Positions 24,580 through 38,727 of a DNA stretch of 64,000 nt are shown in pieces. Within the stretch, counting starts at the first letter, position 1, and every line of letters starts with the position of its first letter. Origin of the DNA: Tubiluchus corallicola (taxonomy: Eukaryota > Animalia > Priapulida); NCBI GenBank assembly GCA_030141605.1, contig JAQGDQ010000329.1:203028-267027 (forward strand), written 5' to 3'. The notes below the pieces were generated by a model, which was given only the letters and a program-made list of their open reading frames with translations, was not told where the DNA came from and searched no databases. A program made the translations under genes and the position numbers.

Positions 24580-24910
24580 AACCTAAAGCAAGTCTTGTTT
24601 CAGTCGGAGATTTTTTTGCAGTGCTGCCTGTCGTTTATGGGAATGCGCTTTCAGATGAGGTCAAAAACTCCAAAAATATTGCTATTTTTAAATGCAAAAT
24701 TAAAACACTTTTATTCTTAGAAACTATTTAACTTTTTGTTATCTTCATCTGTGTCTATGTAATTGTGTTCTTTAAAATACAGTTCATAGCTTTTTGTGAC
24801 TTTTAAATGTTTGCATGCCAAAGATCATTTTTATATGGATATTAGTAATAAAATGATGATGATGATTATTACTGTTATTTTTATTATTACTATTATTATT
24901 GCTGTTGTTA
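24580..24910 (+). mobile_element. 3' fragment of an L2/CR1-type LINE
   Basis: Frameshifted translation ...NALSDEVKNSKNIAIFKCKIKTLLF resembles the LWNxLP..FKxxLKTxLF end of L2/CR1 ORF2, followed by AATAAA and an (ATG/ATT)n tail. Confidence 0.6.
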
Positions 24911-25452
24911 CTTTGTCTCTTTGGGTTAAATTGCCTATACAAAAAATTGGTTAAAACGATGGTAATTATTTGTTTGTTAATGTAAGTAACCTTAGATTAT
25001 TTTTACTTCAGTTATAAGATGTGCGAAACGAAACAAAGGTTTTGTATATTAGGCACTGAGTATAACCCCGAGAGACAAACTAACGACAATTCTGTCAATT
25101 CATGATACGCTTATTGTGACAAAACTGCATCTTAAAATTTCATTTATATTTAAACTTCTTATGTTTGGTGATCTTTCCTGAAATGAATAAACAAAATGTC
25201 TAGTCTTTAGTCAGCTGATAGTTGATACTGAAATTGCTGTTTCTGATTCTGATAAAGCAAGTAATATTGCCAATTCTCTCAATTTACCAAGGCTCTCAAT
25301 CTTCACTGTAGCTTAATGTTACAGCAATGCTGCAATAGTAAGTAACAGTCATGCATGATAAATCAATATGTCTGTCATAATATCCACAGAGCCCTTCAAG
25401 TTTCTAAAGCTTCTCGTGTTTATACACTGTACCTTTTCAATGTGTTTCAGCT

Positions 25453-28400
25453 ATGACAGATATCAGGAGGAGGTACTTTGTCAACAAGCTCGCTGACTAC
25501 AAGGAAGGACACATTGTCGTCGATAAAGAAAAATGGACGGAACGAATCATTTACTTGGTCAATAATATTACAAAGGATCAACCGGCTAAACTAGACCACT
25601 GTGATGGGGGTCTGTATGTGGGTTGTGCAGGTATTTCCTACACACTTTTTAGTCTGGCAAGATATGGTGCATTTAAAGACAATGAGACCATGCTGCTGAA
25701 AGCTGCTGAGAGTTATGCCACCACGGCGTTTCAGTTTGCGCAACTTCCAGAAAATAAGAATGACCAGCAGATGAGGTCTTCATTTTTGCTGGGCAACCTG
25801 GGTGCCTATGCTGTCGCTGCCGTTGTGTATAATGCTATTGGTCGTGATGATTTGACAGCAACGTGTTTAACTGAGTATGCACTGGCTGCGAATCTTGTAA
25901 CACCAACACATTTCTTACGTTGCGGATCTGATGAACTGTTTGTTGGCAGAGCTGGCTACCTGTGTGGTCTACTAATGTTGCATAAATTCACTGGACAACA
26001 GGTAAAGCTTTTAAAACCCTGCATGGCATTGCCAAAAACACTACTTGTTTTAAATTACCAAATAGAATTTGATTGTTAATGCACTGTAGGAACTTACACT
26101 CATTTTCTCATTCATTATTACTATTTTCTTTAGACATTTTTTATCTTCACACAAAGCAGTCTATAAAATATTGATATAATAAATGGCAATTTTTTCAACA
26201 TTACATTTATCTCAGAAGTTCTATACAACATACAAAATTAATATGTTTATAATATGCATATAAAGTCACACTCACACACACGCATGCATGCACGCACACA
26301 CGCGCGCACACACATGTCAACAGAAAAACCTTATTGTGTAAGGTTATGCTAGGACTAGTACCTTGCTCGTGAAGTTTAGTCCGCTAAGATTGCCACGTTC
26401 AGATTACCAGAATCAGTATGGAGAATGGAATCTTTAGCCTGACTCAACCATCTATTTACAGACTAGAGACTCCGTGTTGCTTAACTTGTGGTGCTCAGCA
26501 AAAATCGTGATCGCTCATCTATTCTCCTTGCCCTCATGCTTTTAAAACTAGACTAAAAATTCAAGCTGTCGATCACGTGCATTGTCTTCAACATGCACAT
26601 GATGACTCACACCTTCCTAGGCTCCTAGCTGACATAAGGAATCTGGTCTACCAGACGTTTGCTTCTGTGTGAACAATATTGTCAACTAGAAGGATCTCAC
26701 TCTGTGGTAAGCTTTGAAAACAACCCCTTTGGCATTTGATTTGTTCTGATACGCTTTCGGCAAAACCAAGTTGAACGTTTGTGTTTCATGTTTAGGCCTT
26801 TATGGTTTACATACGTTTAATATTAATTGCTACACATACATGTATGCTATGCATCTGGTAAAACTTTGCCTCTTGAATACAGGTGGTAAGCCAAGAACTG
26901 GTTGATGAAATTTGCTCTGCAATAATCAAGTCTGGTAAGGAATACTCAAAGCGTCATCGATCACCATCGCCTCTTATGTATGCTTACTATGACACAGAGT
27001 ATATAGGTAAATTCCTAAGTTAAGGTACTTTAAATTTAGTTTGTGAGATATGAGAACCGTTGTTATTAACTTTTTATTTTGTCAAATGAATTTCTTATAA
27101 AATTCTGTTTGTTCAAAATTTTTGGGGCATATTTGGTTTACAAAATGTTTAACTCGAAGTTATATGCAAATTTTTGATGCTGATTTATCTTATAAAACAC
27201 GAAAAAAGAGAGCTTATTTTTTAAAATCCGAGTTTATAGTGACAGTAAAATGTTAAACAGATACCACAGTGTACACGTTTAATTTTAAAGTCTTGTTTCC
27301 TTGTTTATGTTATCTTTGTTAACAGGACCTGCGCATGGCATAGCTGGTATTCTGCAGATGTTGCTGTGTTTTCCCGAATTTGTTAAAAAGGATCCGACTG
27401 TGGAGAAACTAGTCAGAGAATCAGTTGAATTTATATTGTCTTTAGAGCAATCGAATCACAATTATCCAGCAGGCATGGATGAAGTGAGTTTCTCATTTAT
27501 TTTAGTCTTAATTCTTAATCACATTCTTACCTATTAACAGCTAACATTTAAAGAAGAAGAAAATGAAATTTTGAAGTATATCTAAAGAACTTTCCAAACA
27601 AAGTTATATTACTTATTATTTCGCTTAAACTTTTGAAAGATTTATGTAACTGGAAAAGAAAATTCTGAATGACTTACTATATTCACTTCACCTGGTGAAA
27701 TGGCACTACATTCCAATGCGCACCACAGATTCATCAAAAAACACATTAATTTTATTGACAATATAAAGTAATTTAAACCTTTGCTTAGCAAAGATTGTGC
27801 TACGAATGTTCTGATTATTTTTTCAAACTTACTGCAATGTTAAGTATACTTGTTTCAAACGACTTATTGTTAAAATGGCTGCACCTAAAGGTCATCACGG
27901 GAATTTAAGTTTAATAAGCTTTATACAACGTTACTCGTTAACGTTACAATGTTAACGAAGCTCGTTGTCCTATAAGAGGGCATGTAACTGATGTAGCAGT
28001 AAAATTTCAAGGCAAATTTCTTAAGCTTGATTTATGAAGAGTGTTTTCTTGTACTTTAACTGTCTTTGGCATTATCCAGGATGCTTACAATATCCTGATA
28101 TTGTTCTACAAAATTTTGAATTTTTTAGAGTGCAATATCAATTTTCACCACAGCAAGTAGTATTTGCCTACTGCTGCTGCTGCAGCTGTCAAGATACAAA
28201 AGTTCAAACACGATAATCCATTGATCTGACACTGATATGCTTGCTTGTGTCAGCTTTACATTTTGGGCGTGAAGTTCTTGCTGCTTCTTAACACTGCTGG
28301 CTAGGCTTTGTTTGTTCTTGTTCAACTGAATCAATACTGTGAGCTGGATAAATTGCTTTTTAACCAAAAGTCTGAAACTGCAGCAGCTAATTCGGGGCAA

Positions 28401-31400
28401 TTGCCTCAGAAACCACTGTCATTAATTAAACTGTTGATGTGGTGCCTTGGTTTTAAAGGCCAAATACAGCATATTTTATGAAGTTTCAGTTTTGCACAAA
28501 AGCAGAAAGAAAATGCGATTTTCTGATACTTTTAACTTCTTCTTGGATAATTTATATAAGAGGGAAGTTGAAAGAAAAGTGTCATTTGCAAAGAAAGTGT
28601 GGAATTTTATCTCGCACATTTTGCTCGTTGGATGGCACCAGCAAAATATTCCCTTAGGTTACGGTGGCATTTTTGTTTGGTTATCTCTGTGTAGCATTGT
28701 TTACAAATTCAGAATCACAGAATCGATGCGTTATCCAAGGAAGCCGTTTCTAGCACTTGTTTTTAGCCTGCGATTTTCCGAAGTTTCACAAGCAAAACCG
28801 AACAAAATGTTTTGGAGAAAATGCAACTTCGAGACCAGATTTCATTAGGAAGGAAGCCTAGAAATTTAATAAAATCTGTATCAAATTTTAAGTTACACTT
28901 AGCTCTTTTTATTAAAGAAAACTTGTGTTTACGTTAAATTTGTGTTTATGTTACCTTTAAAAACATAATCTGTGATAAGCCTGACATAACTTTCCTGGGC
29001 ATGCGGTTTACTGTAGTTGTGCAAAAATCCATTGGGACATTATAATAGCTTGTTTTCTGAAACTCAGAAAGATCACTTTCAGGTAATGAACTCGTATCAA
29101 AAATTTTCTGATCCTGAATTCACAACTTTACAGTTACCTAGCTCTGATTGCCCATGCTGCTAGAGTACCACTTTGGTAGCTACATAATAATTAGATTTAT
29201 ACAAAGTGCATGCTTAATGCACAAAGACTAGTGTAATGCATTAATGAGTTGCCATTGTTATATTAAAATTCTATTCAAAACTTTTTTGGATAAAGAAAAA
29301 TCAGTGGTGTAATGAAGTATGTCATTAATTTCTTTTCCTCCAAAGAACCATTCTGCATGAGTAATGAATTGTTTTCTGAATTTCTTGCTCTCATGGCGTT
29401 TTTTATGCAAAAAAAATCATTTTAGATTGCTAAATGGTCTTTTTGTTTTGTCATATATTAATAAGTAAGTAAGATCTCAATTTAAACTTTATTTCAACAA
29501 TGAGCAAAACTGCTTTACATGTCTCTTGAGTGTAAAATAGATCTCAATTTAAACTTTATTTCAACAATGAGCAAAACTGCTTTACATGACTGTTGAGTGT
29601 AAAATACACTAACTGCACAATATATACACAGTAAATTATAAAACAGTCTATTTTAACCATATAACATATGACCCATCTGAGTTATTCATGAAGAATACAT
29701 CTCACTGTAGGTTTTTGAGCACTTCTTGTTAATATCATAGTTTTCAACGTTTTCAATTAGAATGTAAGCCAGTTGATGTTACAGGTTACTTCTAGAAGAC
29801 CCGAAGAAGAAGAATTGGTTCACTGGTGTCATGGTGCTCCTGGTAAATAACTTACTAGACTAGTTTTTTTTTTTTTTTATTTAACATAGACCTGTAACTA
29901 AGATTTTATTTGATATGCACTGGTACATTATAAATTTGGTTACTTATAAGTAATGATTTAATATAGTCTAGAAGCTATTTGAATAAATTTAATGTGATTT
30001 AATTTGGTTCAATGCAACATGTGCAAAGTGTAAAATTATCCATGTGACTTGGATTAAGCGATCACAATTATGTCATTTGAATTTTGTAATTGATATATGG
30101 TATAAAATAACTTAGTATGTTAGGAATCTTACGGTCCAAGCGAACTTTGTTAACGCTGTCTCGCTACATTTTTTCTGAAAGCCTGAAGTTAAAGCTGAAT
30201 CAGTGTTTCTGGAAATACAATTTAATGCCTTTACTTGGGGTGAGCATAGTCTACCAGAAAGTGAAATTGAATTGAATTTGTAGAACTTTGTTAAAATTAT
30301 GCTGTCTCGTTACATTTTTTCTGAAAGCCTGAAGTTAAAGCTGAATCAGTGTTTCTGGAAATACAATTTAATGCCTTTACTTGGGGTGAGCATAGTCTAC
30401 CAGAAAGCGAAATTGAATTGAATCTGTAACTTTCAGGCTTGAATTAAGCTGTATTTCAGCATATTCGAATCCAAATCGAATTTGAATACAGTTATGAAGA
30501 TTTTTGAATGACTAATAAAAAGCGGTCTCACAAAGATCATGCATACTACTTGATTTCATTCAGAAGTACAAACACTAATAATTAGTTGAAAATTGTGCTG
30601 ATTGTGTGATGTTTCAATGTTTTCATGATAATGAATGTTTGTAGTTGCAGTGCTCGATTGTTTAAATCTATAATTTTAGATTTGAATCAAATTAGAACTA
30701 AAACAACTCTTTCAAATCAAATTCGAGGGTCGATGCTCACACCTAGTCTTTACGACCATGTGTGAGTAAAAATAATTTGTACACAATTTGTTTCGTGCTT
30801 AGGGAACGTATCAGCTAAACAGCAAGTACATAGAAGCAAGCATAGTTATGCAAAAGTTTTGCCAAAGTACATACTTTTTTTTTATAAAGCCGACTCACAA
30901 ACCGATAGGAATATGTTACAAATTTTAAAGATATGTAAAGATATTCATTATCCGTCAATTATTTTTGTTTACATTTGTCACTTTGAGTGCAGTATGTTTG
31001 CATTTCATTATAACAAGTCTCAGAAATGAACACCACCTTTCCACCTTTTTTGGAGTTTATAAAAGAATTAAGGTAAAGATTTTTCACATTTTGAATGTCT
31101 GTGGCAACATCGTTGCGGCATACCATTCAATTTTATGCAGACCAATCAGTAGCTGAAAAACGTTTCGGTAAACACATAATTCAGTGCAAAATCCCAATGA
31201 TATTATTGATTTTAGTGTTTTTGATTATTAATAAGCAAAATATTAGTATTTTTATTCTGTTTTATTAGTAGTCTTATAATAGTAAAATAATTCTGAGCAC
31301 TAATGATGATGTAATGGATGCTGCACAGATTTCCAGGTTTCCACACAAACGCTGAAGTAAATAACTCATTTATGTTGTTGGTCTTTCTCACTGGCTATAA

Positions 31401-33410
31401 GGATTTTAAATGATACAAATTTGGCGATACAACAACGATACAATACTTTTTTCCAGTGATATCGATAACCTGTTTTTCAGATGATACGATCAATTATTTC
31501 AAATGATAACAACGATACTGAACTGGATACTCACTGTATTGAAACACCACATGTTTGCAGGCTGTCCTCCAGTTAAAGCATAGATATATGTAACCTATGA
31601 CAAAGTTCTCTTCTTTATCTAGTCGTAGAATAATATTAATATGTGCGCTACAACAGATAAATATATTACGTATAGATTTAATACTACAGTAACTGCCTGA
31701 ATGTAACTGGAAAAATGCCTCTAAAAATGCCACACTTGACATTCATGTGTCACTAAACCGACTGAAGACAACTGCTATTGCAAGAAGAAAGTACAAGAAG
31801 ATTACTGAACAACCTTATTGAATTAACTAAATCTCTTTTAATTTCTGGCATAATTTTGTGTCATAACTGAAAAAGCAAAGTGAAATGATTTTATGAAGGT
31901 GAGCAGTAGCAGGGATGTGCAGCAGATTTGATACCATAACAGTTAAACAAATTTTTTGTATCTATATGACATTCGATAATTATGGAGTTATTGTTAACAT
32001 TTCTACTTACTATAACAAGCAATGTGACTTGGCATTGCCAGCTAATGAGTCCATCTTTAAAATAAACTGTAACATAAGTAATAAAGCAATATGCATACAG
32101 TCTGCTAAGGTAAACTGGATAGCCAATGGTCACAGCATTTGTATCACAACTGAAATTGAGCAATGTTGAGAGCTTGAGGCTGGTCATTGAGTGACTCTTG
32201 ATCACCCGAGTTCAATACTCACTGTCGACGGTTTTATTAGCTGTATTGATTGTGGTATGTTGAGAGAAGATGGATACTATTCAAACATAGCTACGACATC
32301 TCTGCCGATATGGTGACCAATCATAAAGAGATATCGTTGACAGTGAGCAAGGTTCCAGTTTTGCAATAATGTCAAAATTAAGTAGGCCCTGCCATTGAGT
32401 GCTAGATTCCAGCTTGCAGTGTGGCAAAGTATGTACAAAGATCCTTAGCTAAAAACAGAATGTACATAAAAAGTCAAACATTATATAAACATCAATAAAC
32501 TTTTTTTAGCTTGTACTCAATAACTGATTTTTGCTGTTTTTAAACTCGTCTTGAAACCTATCTCATTTCCATAACGTTTAGTTAGTGTGCCTGATGAGTT
32601 TTTATTGTGTGCTTTATTTTTTATTTTTATTGCACTCATTTTTAATTGTAAGCCTGTATTATGGTGCAATTGATGACAATAATTGGTCGATTTCTGTGCT
32701 CTACAAATAAAATATCATTATCATTATAAACAATGTAGATAGGTACAAACAACACACAGACAACTACAGCAACAATATTATATATATATATATATATAAT
32801 ATAAAAACTTAACACAAATTTAGTTCTTAATGACAAGAATAACAACAAAATAATGATATAGAAAAACCACAAAATGTTAGTACTGGCATCATGTGATTTT
32901 CTTTTGTCACCTGATGATAAATGCTGCAGCGGTTTGAAACTTTCTTTTCATTGTTGTAAGTGTTTAACTTTTTAATAGTTGACAAACCTATAATGTACTG
33001 CAATTTTTGACTTTATCATAACGTGATTATGTCTTTTTATAGGTGTAGTTTATATGTTTGCAAGAGCCTACCTGTTCTGGAAAGATAACAAATATCTGGA
33101 GGCTTGCAGACGATGTGCGGATTTCACTTGGGAACGGGGTTTACTGTTGAAAGGTCCGGGTATTTGTCATGGGGTTGCCGGTAGCGGGTATGTCTTTCTG
33201 CTTTTATATCGACTCACCGGCGAACAAAAGTACTTACATAGGGCTAATTTATTTGCTGAGTTCATCTTCACCGATGCATTTAGGAAGTACACTAGAACAC
33301 CTGATAGCCCGTACAGCTTGTTTGAGGGTTATGCAGGTACTGTTTTGTTCCTTGCTGATTTGCTGGAACCAGACAATGCTTCTTTTCCATTTTTTAATGT
33401 CTTCTTGTAA
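25453..33410 (+). CDS. LANCL3: LanC-like protein 3 homolog, 418 aa
   Basis: Exons 25453-26001, 26883-27006, 27326-27483, 29785-29842, 33043-33410 (1257 nt, phases consistent). Motifs GGLYVGCAG, GSDELFVGRAGYLC, PLMYAYYDTEYIGPAHG, ELVHWCHGAPG, GPGICHGVAGSGYVFLLLYRLTG, PYSLFEG. AG acceptor at 25449-25450 implies an upstream non-coding exon; AATAAA at 33735. Confidence 0.92.
27548..28080 (+). repeat. Interspersed repeat family (copies at ~42410-42900 and ~49755-50125)
   Basis: Shared AAAGAACTTTCCA..AAAGTTAT, GCACCA..GATTCA.CAAAAAACACATTA, TTTGCTTAG, TTTCAAAC..AAAATGGCTGCACCT segments in three places. Confidence 0.7.
29472..29604. repeat. 67-bp tandem duplication
   Basis: AGATCTCAATTTAAACTTTATTTCAACAATGAGCAAAACTGCTTTACATG at 29472 and 29539. 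Confidence 0.85.
30155..30428. repeat. ~146-bp tandem duplication
   Basis: GCTGTCTCG.TACATTTTTTCTGAAAGCCTGAAG...GAAATTGAATTGAAT at 30155 and 30301. Confidence 0.85.
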
Positions 33411-35501
33411 CTTAACTTTGCCAGCTCAGTGGCATTGATATTGCTGCTTTTGTAAAATTAATCAATGTCCCATTCACTTTGTTGTAATAATTGCAATGTG
33501 CAATCACATAACTATATGGAGTTATTAGAGTTTTAGAATTCATTGTACAATTATGGGCTATGCTACTAGATGCATTTAGAAGTCACTTTTTTATTGGAGA
33601 CCTTTCTATTATAAAACTTTCTTAAACAAGAACAAATAAGTATTACGCAGTTAATGTAATTATGTGTGAGAAGCTCCATTAGCCTAGACGTGCATCTTGT
33701 ATTTAAAGTACAAAGTGTATAAGTGCATGTCTGTAATAAATGACTAGAAAAAATAATTTTTTTATTTTGTCACATGGTGTTGCACACTGTTCACTACTTA
33801 ATTCTCAGTCTTTATGAGTCATCCAGTGTTACATGCATTATTGCAGCTAGATTGTGCTTGATACTTCATCCTTTTACCTTAGTGTATGTGACAGATTGAA
33901 AATTTTTATCAACAATCTAGTCAGGTTTGATTTGGGATTAACATTCCAGTCTCTTGCTCTCCGAAGATCTATTGCCTCATTAAGCCTGTTTTAGCGCTAC
34001 TTTTTTAGGAGGTCATAATGAGGATCTCTCCCTATTAGTTCCTGAATCATGGTTTGCTTGGAGTACTCGGTCTTTTCATAATTTTAGCCTTCCCATTTCT
34101 AGTTGCAAAACAGCTGGTTATTTTAGTTCAGCGCATTCAGCATGGAAAGCTATGACAACATATTGATGGTTATAAAATAATTATGATTTTCTAAAATAAG
34201 ATACTGAATGGACTATGATTTTCCCATTTTCGGATGTTTATTCATCCTCCTCTGACGAGACAAATAGCCTAGAAGTGATTTTCCATGGTATCATACATCC
34301 ATTTACAACCACACCCAGTGTAGCTTACATTTCTACGTCAACCGTTAATTTTATTCCCTCACCTATTAACTTCAGCAGTCATATATATTAATAACTTGCT
34401 TGACTCAGACTGAAAGGTGGAATAAGTTGACAGGCATTATATCTCGTGTTTATGTAAAGAAGTGGAAGAAGATGTCTAACATGACTCATTTTGCTTAATG
34501 TCATCCAAACTAACAGCATTTGAAACAACATGTGCACTTTTTTGCAAGTGAGTATAAAAGTGGTATGATCCATTAGCTATGTGAAGAATTAACAAAACAT
34601 TTTCTCTAACAGCAATTAGTTGATTTTTTACTCCATAATAAAAAACTAAAAAAACTCCACCTAATAACTTGTGTTGAGCAAATCACAATAAAAATATTAA
34701 AAAATAATGTGTAGGTTGAAATTAATTTAATTTGCAAATTAATTTAGTATTACCACTAGGTTGTAAACAATTGAGATTTATAGACTTGGGTGAACATTCT
34801 TGACAATAGCTAATGATGGGTAAACTTGGAATTAATGAAAAACATTGAATTATAAAGTCGCCGAAGCTGTCTGGAAAACCAGATACAACAGGTGTCTTGA
34901 GTTTTTCAAAAGTCCGGCATTGAGATTTTACAAGAGGGTTCACATTTATTTCCTAATCAAATTTACATTAAACTTTCAGTGTGAAAGCTTGGAAAGCTGC
35001 TGTGGGAAACGTAATTATGAAATCTTACTGCATTTCACAACAAAACATGCACAGCCTACATTGCATGTAAACACCAATCATAAGGTTTGCAAAATTTGAC
35101 TAGAATTGATATGTTACTAAGAATCTTCTCACACCATTTGCACCATTTATTACATACACCTGCATACACATCAAGCTCAAGTTACATTTATACTTACTCA
35201 CATATACATGTACTAGATTTCAAAAATATATTTACACGTCAAAACTTTATGTAACAGTAGTATAAATCATCCTTATATATCACTTGTTTACTGCACCTCT
35301 TTGTGTTTATACTTTAGTGTGAAACAGTGAGCTGTATGATTGAAATCTGTGAGACAGTTCTATGCAGCCGACTTTGAAACATTTTACATTGCATGCAACA
35401 GTATAAAGCACAATAGCATAAAATTTGGATTGTAAATATGCATCCCTTACTTATTCAACAAATTATTTTAAGAGACCAGTGAATGCTAATCATCATCAAT
35501 G

Positions 35502-38475
35502 CTAATAAATGAATTTTTCGAAAAGCTTTGGCGTAGCTTCCTCAACATTTGAATCTGTGGCTATCCTTTTGTATTTTCTTTTGTTTGGTCTATTTGGCTG
35601 TCCTTCTATGCAATAACCCATAATCTAAAAACAATATTCTTATTGTCACAGGCTTTACTCGCCAATTAAATAATATCTAATATACGAGTATTAACGTTGA
35701 GAATTAAGGCCAAGTGAAAAAGTCAGAATGAAGGGAGGGCTGTTAAAAAGTCTTTAAGTAGCATCTATATAACACTAAATTTTTATTTAAATACAGCAAA
35801 AAGTTGACACTTAATTATAGGATTCTAATTTGTAAGTTGTCAGAATGCAAAAATGAATCTTACCTGTAATCTTTTGTGATAAACAATGTATGCTACTATT
35901 ATAATAGTAGTCCCTGCAAGAAAATATCCTATGAAGTGCTGCCCCTTCACATGGTTGATCACAGACTGTACCACTCTCTGTTTGCCTGTTGAAAGAAAAG
36001 ACCCAAACTTATTTTTGAAACTTTTGGCAGTTTTTTGTGTTTGCTCAACATTGCTTTCAAGAGAAAATTTAAATTTATCAGTTTTGTTGACAAAGGGCAT
36101 TAAATTTTTTAGCTTTAAGGCCAACAATTAATTCCAAAAAAAATTCTGTTGCAAATGTCACTTGTGTCACATCCATACTTATGGTACTTATTAGTGTCTT
36201 GTGTGTCAACTAAAGTGGTATAAGACTCTTAGAATTCATTGTTGATTAGCCATATGTGGATTTTCATATAATGTATAAAACTCAGAAAAGTGTGCGCTGA
36301 TTTAACTGATTGGAAACATGTCCTGTAGGAAGACTGGCAATTTTGGTTTTTTATCTTGTCCACAGAATTTAGTAAAGCATCTTAATATATTGCCTATTAA
36401 CATTCCGTTGTGATCAGTCAGCAAATTGACAGGAAGGAACTAAGAATGACTTCAGCTTATGCATTCTACCTTCTGTCAAAGTATTGACAATACTGGTCAT
36501 GAATAACATCCTGTAGTGTATTTTTTGTTTGTAATAAACAAATGCAGTGATCTTCAACTTTAAGTTTAAATTTTACCTGAAGTATTTTCACTGTTATCGC
36601 TATCTGGTTCATCTGTGGTACCTGCTTTTTTGTCCTTGGTTCGGTCGTTATTTCTGTTGTTGATTTGCTCTGCACTGCCTTTATTTACTTGCTGCATATT
36701 TTGTGGCTCTGGCATTTTGTTGTCGGTGTTCTCGGCACCCACTGTAGGAGTACTGTTAGACATGTCATCACCTTTGTGTATGTCACTCTGTATTGTGCTT
36801 GTATTTGAAGTTTCCTTTTCATCAGCTACGGGTTCAGCAGTGGTATTTGGTGTATGTGGTAAGGCTGAAGTGCTGCTCTTCTCAGGCTTACTGGATGTTG
36901 AAGTTGTTTTCTCATTGTTTTCATTTTTGGTTGTAACAGACACCAACTTTTCTGTCACTTCCTCTTTCTTATCAGGACTGCCATCTTTGCTACTTACTGT
37001 GCTTTCTGAAATGCCATTTCTGCTCTTATCAGATTCAGCAATTTGTTTTGCCAAACTTGCGAGTTCAACTTCAGCTTTGCGCCCATCTGCATAGCTAAGA
37101 ACTATCTTGGCCTCTACGGGAGATGGGTCTTCTGTAAAAAACAGAAAAACAAAACCTTCTCTACTGGGACGTATGAAAACCTTCACATTTATAATATTTA
37201 TACAATTCTTTTGATAATAAAAGTTCACATTGTATACATAAAATATTGAGATGTTTTTTACAATTGTTTTAATGGTGCTGCAGCCCCAAAGGAATAAAAT
37301 TTCGGAGGGATTTTTTATGTATTTACTCACGTTTTCCAGCTGCATTTTGGTTCCTAGAAATAGCAGACGTGGATTGAACTTCATTTTGGTTGCCATAGAA
37401 TCCAGCAGTCTGTAAATTCTTGTAATTTCTTTCCTGACCTTCATATTCGTTATATTTCTTAGCAGGGTGATGATTATTTAGATATCCCGGTTGGTCATTA
37501 ATTTGGCTACCTTGATAATCGTTTATGTAGAATTGTTGCTGAGGAGACTCAGTTATATAGCTATTTCTATTTCTGTGTTGAATGTTACGCTGAAAACCTA
37601 CAAAAAACATGCAGGTTTAGCTAGGTTAGAAATGACATGACCCTATCATGGCAAAATGGGCATTGAAATAAGGAATTCCTGTCTCTTTATGAATATTTAG
37701 CATGTTATAAAAACTTGTTGCCAATAATCACGAGAGCCAGCTGAAGTAAGTCTAGGATGGGTCCTGTACCAAGTGAGCCATGAGGTTTTCCAGGCTATAG
37801 TATGGAGATCCACGTCCTAATTATTTGAGACTAAATAAGCTTGCCAGTGTTTTACCCCGTACTTTTTGGAGAAATTATTAACTTCTTTCATGGTACTCGC
37901 AGGTCTCGAGTAGTACAGGACCAATAATAACAGATTTGTCAAAAATTTTGTGTCTGCCATGATGCGCCGACAGGACTCAAAAACCAAATCATTCCAAAGA
38001 AATGACTTTTATATGTAGCTTACAGCACGGCAAGCTTCAAAATTATCGCTAAAGAATATTCAGAAGTGGCTTTAAATTTATTGAAATTAAACTATTTACA
38101 TTATCTGATCTGCCAGTCGGTCACCCGATACTAACAATATTACATGATTTTACCAAAGGATCGATATAGCCTATTTTCACAAAGCGTTTCGCCAAACTGT
38201 GTGAGACAATACTAACTCACGCACACACAAACAGGCACTTACGCACGCACGGACACACACATTTGGTACAGCGTTAAGCTACGACTCCACGTGCGCGTAA
38301 TGCGTGATACCGAACGTCTGAATACGCATTACGCGCACGCGAGTCCTAGCTTAAACCAAGATAGAGAGAGCGAGCCTAAGAATGGAGTAATGAAAAAAAT
38401 TCTAGATACCGTTCGTATATTGTGGCTGCTGCTGATGAAAGCGCCCTTGTGCGTTAACTACTGTCAATCCCACTC
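35502..38475 (-). CDS. TGN38/TGOLN2/KCT2-like type I membrane protein, paralog A (start exon not located)
   Basis: Exons 38410-38475 (VGLTVVNAQGRFHQQQ, resembles a signal-peptide end; tentative), 37331-37597 (Q/N/Y-rich), 36577-37131 (S/T/E/K-rich), 35864-35985 (QHFIGYFLAGTTIIIVAYIVYHKRLQ, TM), 35502-35624 (IMGYCIEGQPNRPNKRKYKRIATDSNVEEATPKLFEKFIY*). HF..YF-TM-H..IxxxxxEG...YxxPhi resembles the TGN38 family C-terminus. Confidence 0.72.
38274..38354. repeat. ~80-bp hairpin/palindromic element bounded by TTAA
   Basis: Perfect 15-bp arms GTGCGCGTAATGCGT/ACGCATTACGCGCAC plus outer arms TTAAGCTACGACTC/GAGTCCTAGCTTAA. Confidence 0.7.
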
Positions 38476-38727
38476 CTAACAAAAACAACAAAAACACTTG
38501 CATTTTAAACACTAAACCTGCCCCCAAATACTTGCTCACAAACTGTATTGCCAACTCACACATTATGTAAGAAAACTTAATAATTCAAAACCGGTCACGA
38601 TTCTGAGTGGGTTAATGCATTCAGTAACGCTTGAAAAGCTAGGTCATTAGCACTTGGCTGCTATACGTGTTCAGGAAGCTATACAGTGCGCACCATTAAA
38701 ATATACGAAATATACGCACCCTAACTA

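Noticed and set aside
28034-28848. ORFs of 60-133 aa within LANCL3 intron 3
   Set aside because: No recognisable domain; overlap repeat-like sequence; expected by chance.
25453-33410. Lanthipeptide biosynthetic cluster or horizontal transfer
   Set aside because: Spliceosomal introns and LANCL3-type sequence; no LanB/LanA/transporter nearby.
36615-37094. Hydrophobic 159-aa plus-strand ORF
   Set aside because: Antisense shadow of the K/E/T/S-rich exon 36577-37131.
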